Shown here: piece by piece, positions 9,816 through 22,267 of the stretch
How positions within the stretch are numbered: position 1 is the stretch's first letter
How the letters are laid out: each line of letters begins with the position of its first letter
Assembly: GCA_963703955.1 (NCBI GenBank)
Contig: CAVPGK010000017.1
Location: 288,001 to 352,000 of the forward strand
Reading direction: 5' to 3'
Length of the DNA: 64,000 bases
Source of the DNA: Nitrospirota bacterium
GTDB taxonomy: Bacteria > Nitrospirota > Nitrospiria > Nitrospirales > Nitrospiraceae
Translations under genes and position numbers: made by a program
Notes under the pieces: generated by a model
The model's input: the letters and a program-made list of their open reading frames with translations, nothing else
What the model was told of the DNA's origin: nothing
The model's database searches: none

Positions 9816-11117
9816 CTACGCGTCCGCGGGACTCCTGGTCATGGTCCGCCGGCTGAACTGGGTCGCTACGACGGCCGTCACCAAGAGGACAAGACCCAAT
9901 CCGATCAGGCTGGCCGCGGGACCGATCGCGTCCGCAGCCCACCCGAATCCTGTCATGCCGGCCATAGCGGCGGCCATCGAGCCGGTGCTGAAGGTCGTGA
10001 ACACGCGGCCGGTCATGTGCGCGGGCGTGAGTTCCTGAAGCTGTCCCCAGACCACCGGATAGAAGAGTGCGGTGCTCCCTCCGATCACAATGATCAAGGC
10101 TGCAGCAAAGAGGGTGGTCTCTAACACGCTGAGGCCGCACACGGCCAGGCCACCGACGGTCATCGCGCGCGCAATGATTCGCAACCGATTGTGGACGTCG
10201 CCCTGGCGTATCCAGGCGAGCCACGCCGAGGCGAGCAACATTCCCACACCAAGGGCCGACCAGAGCCACCCCAACTGGACCGGACCTACCTGCAGGAACT
10301 CTTTCGCATAAACCGGGAGAAGGAAGACGAAGGCGCTTGTCCCCAGGTTATATAGGGCCGCGATGACGGCGAGGGAAAAAACGGTCCGGTGACGATCGAA
10401 CACGAATCGGAAGCCGGAAAGGAGCTCTTGCATCACGGTGCCTGAGGATTCCGTCTCCGTCTTCCAGTGCCCGGTCCGGTTTTCATGAACCCGAATTGGC
10501 ATCAGGCACAGGGCGGAAATCAAGAAAGTGGCGGCGTTCACATACAGCACGTTTTGCGCGCCGATGAGCGCGATGCCCAGACCGCTGACCGCCGGACCGA
10601 CCAACATTCCGATGTTATTAGTGCCCTGGATCAGAGCGTTGGCCGAGACAAGTTCCGACCGTCGGACGAGGAGCGGGACGGCCGACACCAATGCCGGGCC
10701 GAATACGGTGGACACGATCGAGGTGAGAAAGACCAGAACGTAGAGCCACTCCAACGTGAGCATGTCGAGCGCATAAAGTGCAGGGATGAGAAACGTCATC
10801 ACGGTGCGTATCAGGTCCACCCAGATCATCACCATCTTTTTCGGCAGCCGATCTAGATAGACCCCGATGAGGGGACCGAAGGCCAATGGGGGGATGGTCT
10901 GCAAGAGCCCGACCATGGTCATCATCATGGCGGATCCGGTGAGTTCATAGACGAACCATAGCAGCGCGACCTTGTTCAGACCTTCGCCGACCTGGGAAGT
11001 CACTTGCCCCCACCAGAGGAAACCAAAGTCCCACGTCTTGACTAGACGCCACCCTCTGCCATGGGGATCACATCCTACATCCGGCGTCATCTCTTCTGCG
11101 GTGATCTCGTGCGTCAC
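9816..11117 (-). CDS. MFS transporter (DHA3/MefA-like), paralog of the neighbour
   Basis: GVYLDRLPKK motif; shares KxALLWFVY...GLLQTxPP with 8345-9676; GTG 11117 with GAGG RBS. Confidence 0.9.
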   Translation of the reverse strand: MTHEITAEEMTPDVGCDPHGRGWRLVKTWDFGFLWWGQVTSQVGEGLNKVALLWFVYELTGSAMMMTMVGLLQTIPPLAFGPLIGVYLDRLPKKMVMIWVDLIRTVMTFLIPALYALDMLTLEWLYVLVFLTSIVSTVFGPALVSAVPLLVRRSELVSANALIQGTNNIGMLVGPAVSGLGIALIGAQNVLYVNAATFLISALCLMPIRVHENRTGHWKTETESSGTVMQELLSGFRFVFDRHRTVFSLAVIAALYNLGTSAFVFLLPVYAKEFLQVGPVQLGWLWSALGVGMLLASAWLAWIRQGDVHNRLRIIARAMTVGGLAVCGLSVLETTLFAAALIIVIGGSTALFYPVVWGQLQELTPAHMTGRVFTTFSTGSMAAAMAGMTGFGWAADAIGPAASLIGLGLVLLVTAVVATQFSRRTMTRSPADA

Positions 11118-11615
11118 GGTTACCTCTCGTCTGCTGGCTGTAGGACACTTGTAGGACACTTCCTGATATTGTCCGGTGTACAAAGTACAGGCCAACCCCT
11201 GGTGCCCTTGGCTTCGAAAATCCAGGACGGCCAGAACTGTCGTTTTTCAGAGAGATCCGTATCGATTGGGATCGGCAGGAAGAGGACAGGAGAGTCACAG
11301 AAATCCAGCTTGTCGGGTATCCGACAGGTCTCATCTTCAACTGTGCATTTTGTTAAGGAATTCCGTTGAAGACAGACTGTCCTGCGCGAAGGCAGTTTGT
11401 CGTGACATTGATCCTACAGGTCGAGAATTCCGCCCTAAAAAAGTTTGCGAAACCGTTTCAGTTGATGAGAGGTCGTTCCACTTCTGAAATTTCGAACCAC
11501 AGTTTCACCATAAGGGTGCCACTATGCATCCCGACGTTGATCGCATGCCTCGCGGCTTTCACACATCGGTTATGCTACTATCCTGCTCTCAGGAAGGAAG
11601 CACGACCATCCTTTC

Positions 11616-12647
11616 ATGGGCCCAGACTATCCTCTAACTCAGCCATCCCGATCGACCCTGTTTGCACGCCACGGGTACCTTCTGATCGCGGTTCCTGGGG
11701 TCTTGGTCCTATCGGTCGCTGTGCTGTTGTTTGAATCCAGTCGGAACATGACGGCGGCAGATTTCACGAACTTGATCCGGTCCCTCATCGGTTCAGCTCA
11801 CCAAATTGGCGCAGCGCAGGTTCTCGCCGAAGTCAGGGCCCGGTATATCTGGATGGCCACGGTCATGTTGAATCTGACAGTGCCGGTCTATGTCACCGTG
11901 ATATGCGGACTGATCATATATCGTGTGCACTCACGGCGACGGCTGCTTCTCGTGGCGACGGTTGGCGTCGTGCTGTGTTCGGTCGGGCTCCTGATCTTGT
12001 GGCAGAGCGCCGCAACCCAAAACGTGCTCTATCGAGTGGTGTTTGGGCTTACCTTCTTGACACTGGAGGCGTCTGGCAGATTCGATCCAGGGTTTCTGTC
12101 GTACGTTCATACCATCGTATCCATTATCAATGTGCTGGCCGTGATTGTACCCGTCATTGCCGTGTTGGCGGCCGCCAGTGCCGTTGCCCCACCCGACGAA
12201 GGGCAGCGTCTTGATCCCGACTACCTCGTGACGCGGATACGGTATCTGAAGGAAGTGCTCAATGCCGGGTCTGCCCTCCTGGTCGCCGGCATTCTCCACA
12301 TGGACGCGTGGCTCCGCTGGCCAGCGTCCCTAGTCGGCGACAAGAGTCTACAAGACGGGGTGCTGGGGGTGTCGCTCGCCATTGCTCTCTTCTGGGGAAC
12401 TACGTTCACGCTCATGTTGGTTGCCACGTACGGTCCGGCCGCCAGCTACCTCGGCATGCGGGCGCGTGAATTGCTCCGGGATAAGGCCTTTGCCGAAAGG
12501 ATCCAAGACCCCGAACAATGGCTCAAAGACCATGGGCTCTTCTTGACGTTCAGCGAGCAGTTGCCGCAGATCGGCGTGATGCTGGCGCCTCTGCTGGCTG
12601 GGCCGCTCGGCTCCTTGCTGATGGCGCCGATCACTCCTCCCGGATAA
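11616..12647 (+). CDS. Uncharacterised polytopic membrane protein
   Basis: 343-aa ORF with about 7-8 hydrophobic segments. Confidence 0.75.
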   Translation: MGPDYPLTQPSRSTLFARHGYLLIAVPGVLVLSVAVLLFESSRNMTAADFTNLIRSLIGSAHQIGAAQVLAEVRARYIWMATVMLNLTVPVYVTVICGLIIYRVHSRRRLLLVATVGVVLCSVGLLILWQSAATQNVLYRVVFGLTFLTLEASGRFDPGFLSYVHTIVSIINVLAVIVPVIAVLAAASAVAPPDEGQRLDPDYLVTRIRYLKEVLNAGSALLVAGILHMDAWLRWPASLVGDKSLQDGVLGVSLAIALFWGTTFTLMLVATYGPAASYLGMRARELLRDKAFAERIQDPEQWLKDHGLFLTFSEQLPQIGVMLAPLLAGPLGSLLMAPITPPG

Positions 12648-12749
12648 AGGGTCCACAGTTCAGCGAATCGGCCACCGACCAGGCAGCGAGCCTGGGTCCT
12701 GATCGCGGATTCACCGTATCAAGCGCCTTGCATTGTCCCATATGGTGTG

Positions 12750-12994
12750 AGTGCGCGATGGGCAACGATGGTACCCAGGCGGTCAATGCCAAGCAGGTGA
12801 AACTCTCCAGAGCCGGCACGGCTTACACCTTTGAACCGGGTCAGTGGCTAAACTTGGACGGGAACCAGGTCATCATCAACGGGGGACCACCGTCGGGGTC
12901 GCACAGTGACATCATTTATCCCCATACGGCATGGACGGCGCTGGCCGCAGCCGGGATCGATAGTTGTCCTGGGGTCCGGAGAACTACGCCCTAG
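12750..12994 (+). pseudogene. C-terminal fragment of an alpha/beta-hydrolase-like protein
   Basis: AMGNDGTQAV...YTFEPGQWLNLDGNQVIINGGPPSGSHSDIIYPHTAW resembles a GxHSDI catalytic-His tail; no N-terminal part present. Confidence 0.55.
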
Positions 12995-13175
12995 ATGACC
13001 ACGGCGTTTGCCCGGCTTCATTGGTACGTTGTCTTGGTTGGCTATCAATGACTGCGCGAATCGAGTAGTGACGCCCAGATGAAGGTATTGGATTCGCCAT
13101 CCTGAGGCATGGTGAAATCCTGCGTCGTGTTCAGCAAAGAATGGTGAGAAGGCTTTTGATTTCTTTTCTTCTCGC

Positions 13176-16100
13176 CTATCCGCTGGCAGTCGCTGCCTTC
13201 TTGTCTCCTTTGAACCCGCTGAATACTTGAGAAAGTGCAGCCAAGACGCCAGGCAAGATCGCGATGAACCCAAGCATGATCGCCTTGTATTCTTCCTGAG
13301 TTGAGATAAGAAACACGGCAATAACGACTAGGCCGACCCCAACGGGACGCCAGATCTGACTCCACGCACTCCGTGTCACTTGGTACTCCCATGCAGTAAG
13401 TTGCTCCTTTTCCGAGGCCGAGAGAACGAACCGCCGAAAACTCTCGTTCATCACTCGTAAGTCGGGATCGAGAACAATGAGTCCCTTCTGTAGCAGTCGG
13501 CGAAGTTCAGGATTCTCCGCATGCAGAAAGCGGTTCTTGGCCAGATGGAAGAGGGCTAGCTTCTCAGTCTGAGAGCAGGATTTCCACCTCGTCACGTAAT
13601 GCTCTTCGACCGCCGCAAGCACTTCCATCAGGACTTCCTCGACTGCCACACCGCCATCGTCTATCTGCTTGAGGGCGGACATCTTCGCGGTATCGTCAAG
13701 TAGCTTTTCGCCAATACCCTGCAATTCAGGCGTGAGATCGGTTTCGCGAATAAAGGCCTCTTGAACGATTGGGTCCAACGCCTCTAGCTTGCGCCGCACG
13801 CTATTGGTGTAATCGCTTCTTGACGACTCAGCCCCATGATATCCTGAACTTCCCGAGAGCGGAGTCGGAAAATCGAGGAGGAACACGCGAGAGGCAATAA
13901 AGCGCGACATCCCGTACAGCAGCCAGGCAAATAGCACGAGGCCGATGCCCAACACAATAGTTTGCAGCGCGATTCTTGGCCAAAAAACAAGGCCGCCTGC
14001 GAGTAAGAGAAGACCAAATAAACCGATGATGTTCCCAACCCTTCTGCCCTTGGCTTTGACAATCTGGGCAATCTTCACGGCCATGAAGCCACAGGCCGTT
14101 CCAATGAGCCCACCAAAGGCCAGCATCCAGTAGAGCAATCCGGGCACTCCCGGGAGTGAAGACGCGATGGCCGATTCACTTTTGAGGTCTGTTCCAGATC
14201 GGGCTTGGTATGTCCGCGATTCTATCAACCAAGGTTGCTCACAGCCTCTCTTTCCGATGAAGCCGCCCGTCTCAATGGAGACAGGATGGTGGAGGGAAGC
14301 TCGCAGGAATGTGTGGACCCAAGCAAAATCCAACCATGATGGCTCCGCTCCCTCCTTCCCGTTGCAGAGGTAGCTGTCAAAGTCCGATAGAGCATTTCCA
14401 TAGAAGTTTCCGTAAACGTCTCGAGACCCTTCACATTCCGACGCTTGACCCCCGTGATCCTTGCCAACCGTTCTGCTTTGGCAGTAGACCTCCATGTGAT
14501 CCCTCCGCCACTGACCGTCTTGGATAAGATCAACCTGGGCGTACTTGACCAGCAGTCCGATCTCTGCCTCGAAGGCGACTTTCGAGAAGCCAAATGCCGG
14601 AAGCATGCCGTACACGAGCAGGAACGTCATGATCATGAGCGTATAGGTCCACCGATAGCCGAGAGGAACGCGGTTCCTGGAAGCTTCCGTGTTGGCTGCA
14701 TGAGATTTCTTCAGCGTTACGATCATGATCCACACTCCCCACAGCGGAATGATCAGAGTAAGGAGGACTTTGGTCATGGCCGGGAGTGCAGGTTGTAACA
14801 TCACAAGGCCGAACAGACAGAGAAGCAAGACGTTCCAGAGGACGATAAGCTGATAGTCACGATTGCGCGAAGCGCGCGGCCACATCCAGTCCGCTCGCCC
14901 GTTCTTGAGGCATGGATAGACCAACAACCGAAACAAGCCCAGGATTAACGCCGCGTACACCAAGAACAGAGACGCGGCAATAGTGAGCGTTTGCAGGTTC
15001 GCGATGCGCAAGAGATCCTTGTCTCGATAGACGACTAACGACCAGGCCGTGTCATGGCGGAAGATATCCGGAATGCCTGTCACGTAAAATCGACGGTCAG
15101 TTCCCCAGTATTGACCGTCGGCAAAGTCTTGGGCGCGGGCGAACACGAGCGACCGCAATCGCTCGTTCTGGTCGGTTTCCTCAAAGAAGTTTTCTCGCAG
15201 ATTCCGGCGAGAGTCCGAGTGGAACAACACGGTGCCCGATCGGTCGATGACCGCAAAACCGAATCCTGGAAGCACAACGGGGTCCATCACTGAGGGCATC
15301 TTCATTTCCAGCGCCGCAACCGTGGGATGACTGCGATCAGCCTCCTTGTCAGGGCTCACCGTACTTCGCTGCGATACGATCGCGTAGTTCTGTCCGCTAG
15401 TCCATGAGTAGATTGCCTGAAGCCAAAACTGGCCGTCCGGGCTATCCAACGCCGAGCCTGCCCAAATCCTCTTCACATACTCTCGTTCGCGCAGTTGGAC
15501 GACAGCCCATTCCGCCTCTCCTCCAGACCAGTCCACATTATTGAACCCATCTGGCCACACCCAGAACATATCGTTCACATAGTAATAGGACAGCTCAAGA
15601 GGCCTCTTGAGTGTCGGACACACGCCATTAACGTCCTTTGGCTTTGCGAATCCCTTCCCTTCTCGGAAGACAATCTCCAGGCTCGTCTGCCACGGCGTAT
15701 TCTTTCCAACATTGATAGTCCCACACGAAGCCAACGCGGTATCAAAACGTTTGAGCTGTTCACGTGCCTTATCTAGGTCCTTGTGAAAATTCTCGCGAAG
15801 ATCCTCGGCAGCCAGTCGGAGCCGTTCGTCGAAGACCCTCTCAGCCTTCTGATATGTGAAAAAATCCACAAAGCCAAGGGTCAGTAAGGCGGTGCCCAGG
15901 AGGGAGGCGATCAGGAGCATGAGCACATCGGTAAAAGATAGTCGATCAGTCGGGCCCATAGATTTCAGTTTTAGAAAGGGAAGGGCGGAGAACGCGAGAA
16001 GGATGACACCAATCATGAGCAGAAGCAGATTGCCGGAAATCGTTTGCGCTTCGACAGCGAATTTTTGAGATGGGACGATCCCGACCAGGATAAAGTCGGC

Positions 16101-17003
16101 GGCGATTTCCAGAATCTCTGACGCCATCGCTTTGCGAGGAAGACAGCCTACCTCCCTGAGCAAAGACAAGATAGCGGGCCTCACCAAGCTCAATCTCGTT
16201 GACAGCCGGGAGCCTATCCACAATTCTCGTCGTCTTGGCTGGCTCTTTTTGCTTTTTGTCATCCTCTTGCTTTTTATCACCCTCCTCTTTTTTCTGATCC
16301 GCTTTTCCGGACTCCTGGAAGAGGGCATGCAGGATGGCAAATTGAAAATCAGACACATTTTGCTGGGACTTTTTCTGATAGAACACCTTGCCGTCACTGT
16401 CCGCGAGAAGGGTTTCTGCAAAGATATCCTCGGACAGCAACTTCTGCATCAGCCGAGCGACATCAATCTCTGCTTGAATGCGCCAGACAGAGCCGGTTTG
16501 ATCTTTACTCGTGAAGTCCAACGACGAACCCCGACTGTTTGCCTTCAGGCTTCAGGCTGACCTCAAACTTGGGCGTCTGCTCTGTGGATTTGGCGTCAAG
16601 ATTGTCGAAGAGTCACCCGCTTGAGCGTCGAAAGATCGCACAACTTCGCCCCGAATGCCCGCTTCTTGTACTCATCGTCACCGTGGCAGATCTTGCAAGG
16701 CAACGCAAGTCTTCATCCATGGTGCGTCTACCCTGCGCTTCCACCCTCTCTGATAGTCCATTCAGGACGGATTGAAGGATCTTCTCATGGTTAGCAATCT
16801 CTTCCACCAGCCCTCGACTTGCGAGCCCTAAAAGACGAAAATTGCGCTCGGTCAGATAGGCTTTCTGGGAGGACACGTGGGAGTAATACGAGATAGCCAA
16901 AGGCTCCCAGCACTGCGGCGACCGCGACAAATGGGATCACCATGAGTCGACGCTTTGGCATCCAGGCGCGTACAGATGGTTCATTGCGCTGTTCGTTTGG
17001 CAT
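13176..17003 (-). CDS. Large Cache-domain polytopic membrane protein, split by about 3 frameshifts
   Basis: ATG 17003 with GGAGGA RBS; ORFs 16791-17114, 16613-16930, 15946-16521 and 13176-16421 join into one protein; Cache-like motifs LLADSDGKVFYQ and FAVIDRSGTVLFHSD. Confidence 0.72.
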
Positions 17004-17542
17004 TAGTTTGTGTTCCTCCAGATGAAGCGCTTTTCGCGTGACACCGGCAGGCATCGTCCTGCTCATCTCCTCAGCGAAGGGAAGGAGTCGCTCCTTAGCA
17101 AAGGCGATAGGCACCTCACGTTCTTGGCCCCTATATTAATCTTGCGCGTGAACTGGAATTCCATCCGGTAACTTCAATGCTCCAAGCAGATTAACTCCAG
17201 AAACTCTGCGCGCACTAACCAGGGGCGACCCTTCAATACACTGTCGCCTTTCCGGGTTGCCGTGTTGGCTGCATGCTCCAGGAGGAGTGTTTGCAATTGC
17301 AGGCGGAGCAAGCAGGATGCCGTTTGGATCTTCGTTGTGCTGACGCCTACGATGGAGTACAAGCCATTGATCTGGTTCCAGATGATGCGCAAGGATGCCA
17401 CAAAACTGCTTAGGACTAAGGAATTTCGTTGTATCTGATCGTGCCAGAAAGGTATCTGTTTGGATAACGTTTCTATCTACGCGCATAGGCAAGTCTTTCA
17501 AAGAGCACCTCACGAGCAACAGATGCAGAGGCTACGGGGCGC

Positions 17543-18823
17543 TCACTTAAGACGGGCCGTAGACTTTGCACCATCCGTAACGAGGTAGCCGAATCGCTCG
17601 CGGAAGGCTTCCGGCGAGAGCTTGAGGGTGGCGGCGTATTGCGCGACTTCGTTCGCGTCCTCCAGGTCCTCGTGAGAGAGGCGAATCATGTACCGCCGAG
17701 CGATTTGATAAGACTCAGACTGAACGTCCACCATGCGAATGCGAGTTCGGCCGGTGGCGGGATCCAAAATCTGAGCAAACGGGATAGGCGTCAAGCGGCC
17801 ATTCTGGATCGACACCATAGCCGCGTTGCCGCCTTCCAGAAGAAACTGCGCGGCACAATAGCCGAGGTCCCGTGTGTACTCCATGTCGTAGGGAATCGGG
17901 TCTGCGCAACGGAGCTCATAGCCGATATTCTTGGATACGATCGTGGTCTTGATGCCAAACGTCTTGAGGTGCTTCTCGACCTCATGTTTGAGGAGGTCGC
18001 CCAGGTTGACCTCCGCGAGACGCAGATTCCCGTGCTGATCCCGCTCCACGTCCGCCAGTCCCCTGAGGTCCTGCTGGTCCACACTTTCTACTAAACCTTC
18101 CGCCAGGATGGCGACCCCATCCGGCCGGCCCATTTTAAGCCGCTTCAGAATAGCCCCAATGAGGATGTCAACCAGCTTGGTGAGACGCACCGGCCGCTCT
18201 GGGAACTCTTCGGGAATGAGCGTGAGTGTCACGCCGGCGGCTTTCCCGATGCCGAGGGCCAGATGACCGGCCTTCCGCCCCATGGTGACGACGAAGTACC
18301 AACGCGAGGTGGTCTGCGCGTCCACCATGAGATTCTTGACGAGATGGACGCCGACGTGGCGAGCCGTTTGAAAGCCGAACGTGGGGATGCCGTGCGGGAG
18401 ATCCAGGTCATTGTCGATGGTCTTCGGCACGTGGACGACACGCAAGCGCCCGCCTGCCATCCGCTCCAGGTTGAGGGCGGAAAAGGCGGTGTCGTCACCC
18501 CCAATCGTGATCAACCCGGACAGGTTCAGCTTCAACAAGACCGCGAGGGCATTGTCTAAATGCGCCGCATTCTTGGTCGGGTTGGCCCGCGCGATCCCGA
18601 GATAGGATCCCCCATGGAAATGGATCCGGCTCACTTCCTCGATGGAAAGCGGTTTCACTTTGGAGGAGTCGCCTTCCATGATCCATTTGAAGCCGTCCAA
18701 GATACCCACGACCGCCGCGCCGCCTAAAATGCTTCGGATCGTGGCCGCTCCGATCACGCTGTTGATCCCCGGCGCAGGTCCTCCACCCACAAGGATTCCA
18801 ACGCCATTATGTGTGTGGTTCAT
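17543..18823 (-). CDS. pfp: Pyrophosphate-dependent phosphofructokinase
   Basis: GGGPAPGIN, GGDD (PPi-type), PKTIDND, MGR, GYELRC. Confidence 0.93.
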   Translation of the reverse strand: MNHTHNGVGILVGGGPAPGINSVIGAATIRSILGGAAVVGILDGFKWIMEGDSSKVKPLSIEEVSRIHFHGGSYLGIARANPTKNAAHLDNALAVLLKLNLSGLITIGGDDTAFSALNLERMAGGRLRVVHVPKTIDNDLDLPHGIPTFGFQTARHVGVHLVKNLMVDAQTTSRWYFVVTMGRKAGHLALGIGKAAGVTLTLIPEEFPERPVRLTKLVDILIGAILKRLKMGRPDGVAILAEGLVESVDQQDLRGLADVERDQHGNLRLAEVNLGDLLKHEVEKHLKTFGIKTTIVSKNIGYELRCADPIPYDMEYTRDLGYCAAQFLLEGGNAAMVSIQNGRLTPIPFAQILDPATGRTRIRMVDVQSESYQIARRYMIRLSHEDLEDANEVAQYAATLKLSPEAFRERFGYLVTDGAKSTARLK

Positions 18824-19035
18824 GGCACCTGTGCCCCCTTGGTCGCTTTGAACAGCGCTCGGCCGCTATCTAACTACAAACCCTGTGCGAGGAGCAATAC
18901 GAACCGCAAGAAGCCTGCCCCAGGGTCTGGCGGCGGTACAGGAGCGCCACCGCCGAGTGGTACGAACCGAGTTGCTGGTGGGGCACGTGTTCTCCTCGTT
19001 TGAAGAATACCTACCATCTGGTCTATGATTCCCCC

Positions 19036-22000
19036 ATGGATTCGCCAACTACCTCCAAAAAACCCTTCTTTCGGAGGAAATGGTTCCTCATCGCGTGCGC
19101 GCTGGTGCTGTTCTATACGCTGGGCGGGTTCTTGGTGGCGCCGGCTGTGCTCAAGTCACAGCTTGAAAGCAAGCTTCCCGCAGCGCTCCACCGCAACGTG
19201 TCGATCGACGAGGTCCGGATCAATCCGTATGTCCTGTCGCTCAGGATTAAGGGCTTTCAGGTCACCGAGCCTGACGGGCAACCGTTCGCGTCGCTGGATG
19301 AGCTGTTCGTCAACCTGCAACTGTCTTCACTGTTCCAGGCTGCTTTGAACTTCAAAGAAATCAGCCTCAAGAAGCCCGATCTGACAATCGTGTTACGCCA
19401 GGGAGGGCGCACCAATTTTGATGATCTGCTCCGCGGCTCATCCGAGCCGCAGCCCCCTGCAGAACCCTCCAAGCCTATGCAGGTGAACATTGAAGAGTTA
19501 CTGATTGACGACGCAGGCGTGACATTCACGGATTTCAACCGGAAGCCGAAATTTGAGTACCGCGTGTTTCCCATTCAGCTCAACTTGACCGATTTTAGTA
19601 CGCATCCGGACGCGAAGAGTCCCTACTCCTTTGTGGCCAACACAGGACGAGGCTCGACTGTGTCCTGGTCCGGATCATTTTCGGTCAACCCGCTGCGCTC
19701 CAACGGGTCACTGGCCATTAGTGGCATGCAGTTAGTCAACTATGCGCCGTATTATGCCGACTTTATCGCGTTCAACGTGGCAGACGGCGAAGCGGCGTTT
19801 CGTGCAGAATATCGACTGGATACCTCGAGCGGGCCCCTGGATCTCCAAATCAACCATGCGGCCTTCGACTTGAAAAATCTGAAGCTGACTCCGCCCGATA
19901 CGCAAGAAGGGGTGGTGACGCTTGCGTCGTTGGCCGTAAGGGAAGCCAACGCCGACCTTGTGAAGCAGGTCGTTACCGTGGACGCAGTGACACTGGACGA
20001 GGGTGTGATCCTCGCGCGCAGAGAGCGGGACGGGACGGTGAATCTGCAGACGTGGCTAAGCCCGCGATCCACTGAGACCGGGTCGACGTCACCGCCAAAG
20101 AGTGACGATGCCAAGAAGACCCAGGGGGAGAAGAAGAAAGATCCCTGGAAACTGGCCGTACGAGACGTGGCGTTGACCAACTTCAGCGTGACGGCCGAGG
20201 ATGCTGTGCCTGCGGCGCCGGCGAAGCTGGTCCTCGACCAAATCAACCTGAAACTCAATGGACTGGCGTTTCCTGATCGCACACCTATTGCGACAGAGGC
20301 CTCGCTCCGCTGGAACCAAGCAGGGACGTTGGCAGCGACCGGACGCTTCGCCATTCCCCTCTGTTGGCCGACCTGCAGGTGGCCGTGAACGAGTTCGACC
20401 TTCGTCCGTTTCAGCCGTATATTGACGAGCAGGCCAATGTCCACCTGACCGACGGAGCCGCGAATCTCCAAGGTCATGTTGTCTATGGATCTCCTGAGGG
20501 TGGCGGGCCGATGGCCAGGTTCATCGGGCAGTTCGCGCTCGATCACGTGGCCGTGATGGACACCATTTCCACCAAGAATGTGGTCGGGTGGAATTCGCTC
20601 GCGTTCAAAGGTATTCATGCCGATGTGTCCCCGACCGCGATTGCCGTCGATGAAATTCGACTGAAGAACCTGAAGTCGTCCGTGATCGTCGCGCCAGATG
20701 GCCGGCTGAACGTCGCGAACCTGATGCGGACGTCGCCGGGAAAGGATGCCGAAAAGCCTCACGAGACTCCCAAAGCCGAACCCACAAAGTCCGCCCCAAC
20801 TCCCATTTCGGTCAAGACCGTCGTTCTGGAAGACTCAACCCTGGTCTTTCTCGATCAATCCATCCAGCCGAATTATTCGGCCGACATTCGAAAGCTCAGC
20901 GGCCGCATTCAGGGCTTATCGTCACAGACCAGCGCAAAGGCCAAGGTTGACTTGACGGGGAAATTGGACAACCACGCTCCGTTGCAGATTTCCGGTCAGC
21001 TCAATCCTCTGAGCAAAGACCTGTTCGCCGATCTGGTGTTTTCTCTGAAGAGCTTCGATCTGCCGCCGCTTTCTTCCTACACGGGGAAGTTCGCCGGGTA
21101 TCCCTTACAAAAAGGAAAACTCTCTGCCGACCTGCGGTACAAAGTGGCCGAACGGAAGATGGACGCAGAAAATGTGGTCCTGGTGGATCAACTCACATTG
21201 GGTCCGCCCACCGATAGCCCGGACGCCACGTCGCTCCCGGTCAAGTTGGCAATTGCGATTCTTCAGGATCGCCAGGGGAAAATTCATTTGGACGTGCCGG
21301 TCAGCGGCGACCTGGATGATCCTGAGTTCCGGGTTGGCAGAGTCGTCTGGAGGGCCTTTGTCAATATTCTTGAGAAAGTCGCGACGTCACCCTTTGCCCT
21401 CGTGGGGGCCATCGCCGGCGGAGGCGGCGAGGAGTTGAGCGTCATCACCTTTGTCGCCGGCAGTGCTGAACTGGGCGGAGTCGGAGACACAAAAACTTGA
21501 CAAGCTGGCCAAGGTTTTGGTCGAACGACCCGGGCTGAACCTTGAGATCACCGGGCTGGCGGACCCCAAGAATGACCGTGTCGCGCTGGCCAAAGAAAAA
21601 TTGAACCATACCCTGACACAACGAAAGATGAAGACACTCAGAGAAAAAAATCCGGCGCTAGTAGAAAACATTCCGCTCGGTGAACGGGAATACGAACGAA
21701 TGGTCCAGCTTGCCTATGCCGAGAGCATGAAGCTGGGTGGGCTCTCGCCGAACGCCGCCGAGTCAGGTCTATCCATGTCTCTTGAGGAGGCCTCAGAAAA
21801 ACCGGAAAAGAAGTCCGGGTTCTGGGAGTTTTTCTCTCGTTTGAATCCGTTTAAATCCAGTCGGCAGGAAAAAAAGGAGTCCTCTCTGGATATGGTCCTC
21901 GATTCCAGCGGTGCCAGCTCCCCCCAGAGACCGGGAGGTCTCGCGGTCCCCTCGCTTGATGAAATGGAACGCCGCCTCATCGAGAAACAGCAGGTTACCC

Positions 22001-22161
22001 CGGACGACATGAACATGCTGAGGCAAGAGCGCGCGAAGAGCGTTCAAGGCTACTTGTTGAAGGCTGGACAACTCGGAGAGGATCGACTCTTCATTGCCGC
22101 GCCGGAGCCTGCCGATGGAAAGCCCAGCGGCGAAAGCCAGGTCACGCTCGCGCTGAAGTGA
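19036..22161 (+). CDS. DUF748 repeat protein (AsmA-like) with OmpA-like C-terminus; 2 frameshifts
   Basis: N-terminal TM anchor, repeated DUF748-type blocks, LPVKLAIAILQDRQGKIHLDVPVSGDLDDPEF; breaks at about 20343 and about 21480. Confidence 0.85.
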
Positions 22162-22267
22162 ATACGCCAACAGGCAATGCCGGACGCTGGGTCCTCGGGT
22201 GTTCACAACCTCGCTCAAAAAGCCAATAGGTTACGATGGTGTAAGACGTGGGGCTCCGCGACAGGGA

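Noticed and set aside
8345..11117. Tandem MFS pair as a novel system
   Set aside because: Ordinary paralogous transporters; the sequence gives no clue to substrate.
17136..17519. 127-aa minus-strand ORF between pfp and the Cache protein
   Set aside because: No recognisable motifs, no RBS and atypical composition; probably non-coding.
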